Of a DNA stretch of 26,935 nt, positions 26,014-26,935 are shown in pieces. Numbering within the stretch: position 1 is the first letter of the stretch; each line of letters opens with the position of its first letter. A model generated the notes under the pieces. The model searched no databases. It was not told the origin of the DNA and saw only the letters and a list, made by a program, of their open reading frames with translations. Position numbers and translations under genes: made by a program. The DNA is from Pseudomonadota bacterium. GTDB taxonomy: Bacteria > Bdellovibrionota > FAC87 > UBA2466. The stretch spans positions 1 through 26,935 of the forward strand of contig JAYUGC010000131.1 of assembly GCA_043767805.1 (NCBI GenBank), read 5' to 3'.

Positions 26014-26607
26014 GTGAATCGCTTCGCCAGAGTCATTAATCGTGCGTTTACCAAACCTAACCCGCTCGCCATGGTGCCCATTCGGCCCGTGCCGACTCCC
26101 GTCGTCGATCCGAAGGGCGTGCACCCCGAGGTCGCGGCTTTAAAGCGCTACTGCGTGGGTAAGGGCATCGATGTGGGCTGCGGCGCCGATAAGGTGACGC
26201 CCGAGTGCATCGGCGTCGACATTTTACGGCCTGGGCAGGTCGGGGAGTACGGCGTGGTCGCCAATCGCAAGTCCTCCGCCGATGTGCATGCGTCCGGCGA
26301 CGAGTTAACGCCCTTTAAGGACGGGGAGCTCGATTTCGTCGTCGCAAAGCATAATCTCGAGCATTACGTCGACGTCGTAAAGACTCTCCAAGAATGGCGC
26401 CGCGTGCTCAAAAAAGGCGGGCACCTCGCGGTGGTCGTCCCCGACGAGCGAGCTGGCGATACGGTTTTTCTGGATCCGACCCACAAACACTGCTTCACGC
26501 CCGAGAGCCTGACCCGGCTCCTCGGTGTCATCGGAGGCTTTGAGGTCGTGGAGTGCCGGACCGCCGTGCCGCAGTGGTCTTTCGTGCTAGCCGCGCGAAA
26601 GCTCTAG
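26014..26607 (+). CDS. Class I SAM-dependent methyltransferase
   Basis: IDVGCG, PFKDGELDFVV..HNLEH, EWRRVLKKGG, DPTHK; start uncertain. Confidence 0.85.
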   Translation: MNRFARVINRAFTKPNPLAMVPIRPVPTPVVDPKGVHPEVAALKRYCVGKGIDVGCGADKVTPECIGVDILRPGQVGEYGVVANRKSSADVHASGDELTPFKDGELDFVVAKHNLEHYVDVVKTLQEWRRVLKKGGHLAVVVPDERAGDTVFLDPTHKHCFTPESLTRLLGVIGGFEVVECRTAVPQWSFVLAARKL

Positions 26608-26610
26608 AGC

Positions 26611-26935
26611 TCATTCACACCGGAGACGGTGCGTGAACCAGCGGTAGCTCGAGGCGGGCGCGGTCTGTCCGCGTCCCACGACATATAAGTTGCCGTCGGG
26701 ATCGGCGCTCAGGCGATAGCCCGCGGTGTCGGCATCGGCCGCTACTTGATAATCATGAAGCGTCGTCCACGTGGCTCCTCGATCGGCGGACTTTCTCAAA
26801 ACGAGATGGCGATGCGCCGACGCATCGACAGCGCTTCCCACGACGTAGAAATTCCCAAAGGGATCGATGACCGCGGAATTGGCCTGCGATTCCTGGCCGC
26901 TCGCCAGGGAGTACTCGTCCACGGTCGTCCAGCTC
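26611..26935 (-). CDS. C-terminal part of a repeat/beta-propeller protein (BNR/Asp-box-like); 5' end outside the window
   Basis: Repeats DPFGNFYVVG / DPDGNLYVVG and Asp-box-like SADRGATW; WTT.D/HDY repeated. Confidence 0.65.
   Translation of the reverse strand, partial: SWTTVDEYSLASGQESQANSAVIDPFGNFYVVGSAVDASAHRHLVLRKSADRGATWTTLHDYQVAADADTAGYRLSADPDGNLYVVGRGQTAPASSYRWFTHRLRCE

Overview
Gene-dense, moderately GC-rich bacterial window. An origin in the Bdellovibrionota/deltaproteobacteria is my guess from gene content only. I see no rRNA, tRNA, CRISPR array or mobile element. The main structure is a ~15.6 kb divergent locus (628-16198) around a ~460 bp control region. The leftward operon is: sigma54 response regulator, PhzF-like isomerase, B12-dependent glutamate mutase (E and S subunits), membrane desaturase-like enzyme, EamA exporter, aspartate-semialdehyde dehydrogenase, aspartate kinase, and possibly a trypsin-like protease. 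The rightward operon starts from a clear -24/-12 sigma54 promoter with four TGCGAA-N2-TTCGCA-type palindromes upstream. It contains a heme-oxygenase-like diiron oxidase, MFS exporter, ATP-grasp ligase, SDR, an orphan amino-acid-binding periplasmic protein and a hybrid histidine kinase. I interpret this, by inference, as an NRPS-independent pathway to a 3-methylaspartate-derived non-proteinogenic amino acid or small peptide, coupled to its own binding protein, kinase and sigma54 activator. That would make it a candidate self-sensing (quorum-sensing-like) signal or antimetabolite system. The right third holds mixed genes: SGNH-like protein, DUF1232, HEXXH lipoprotein, YajD HNH, DUF455/ATP-grasp fusion, YSC84/SYLF protein, RRM protein, a DUF1861-like remnant, a PIN-like protein, M19 dipeptidase, methyltransferase and a partial propeller protein.
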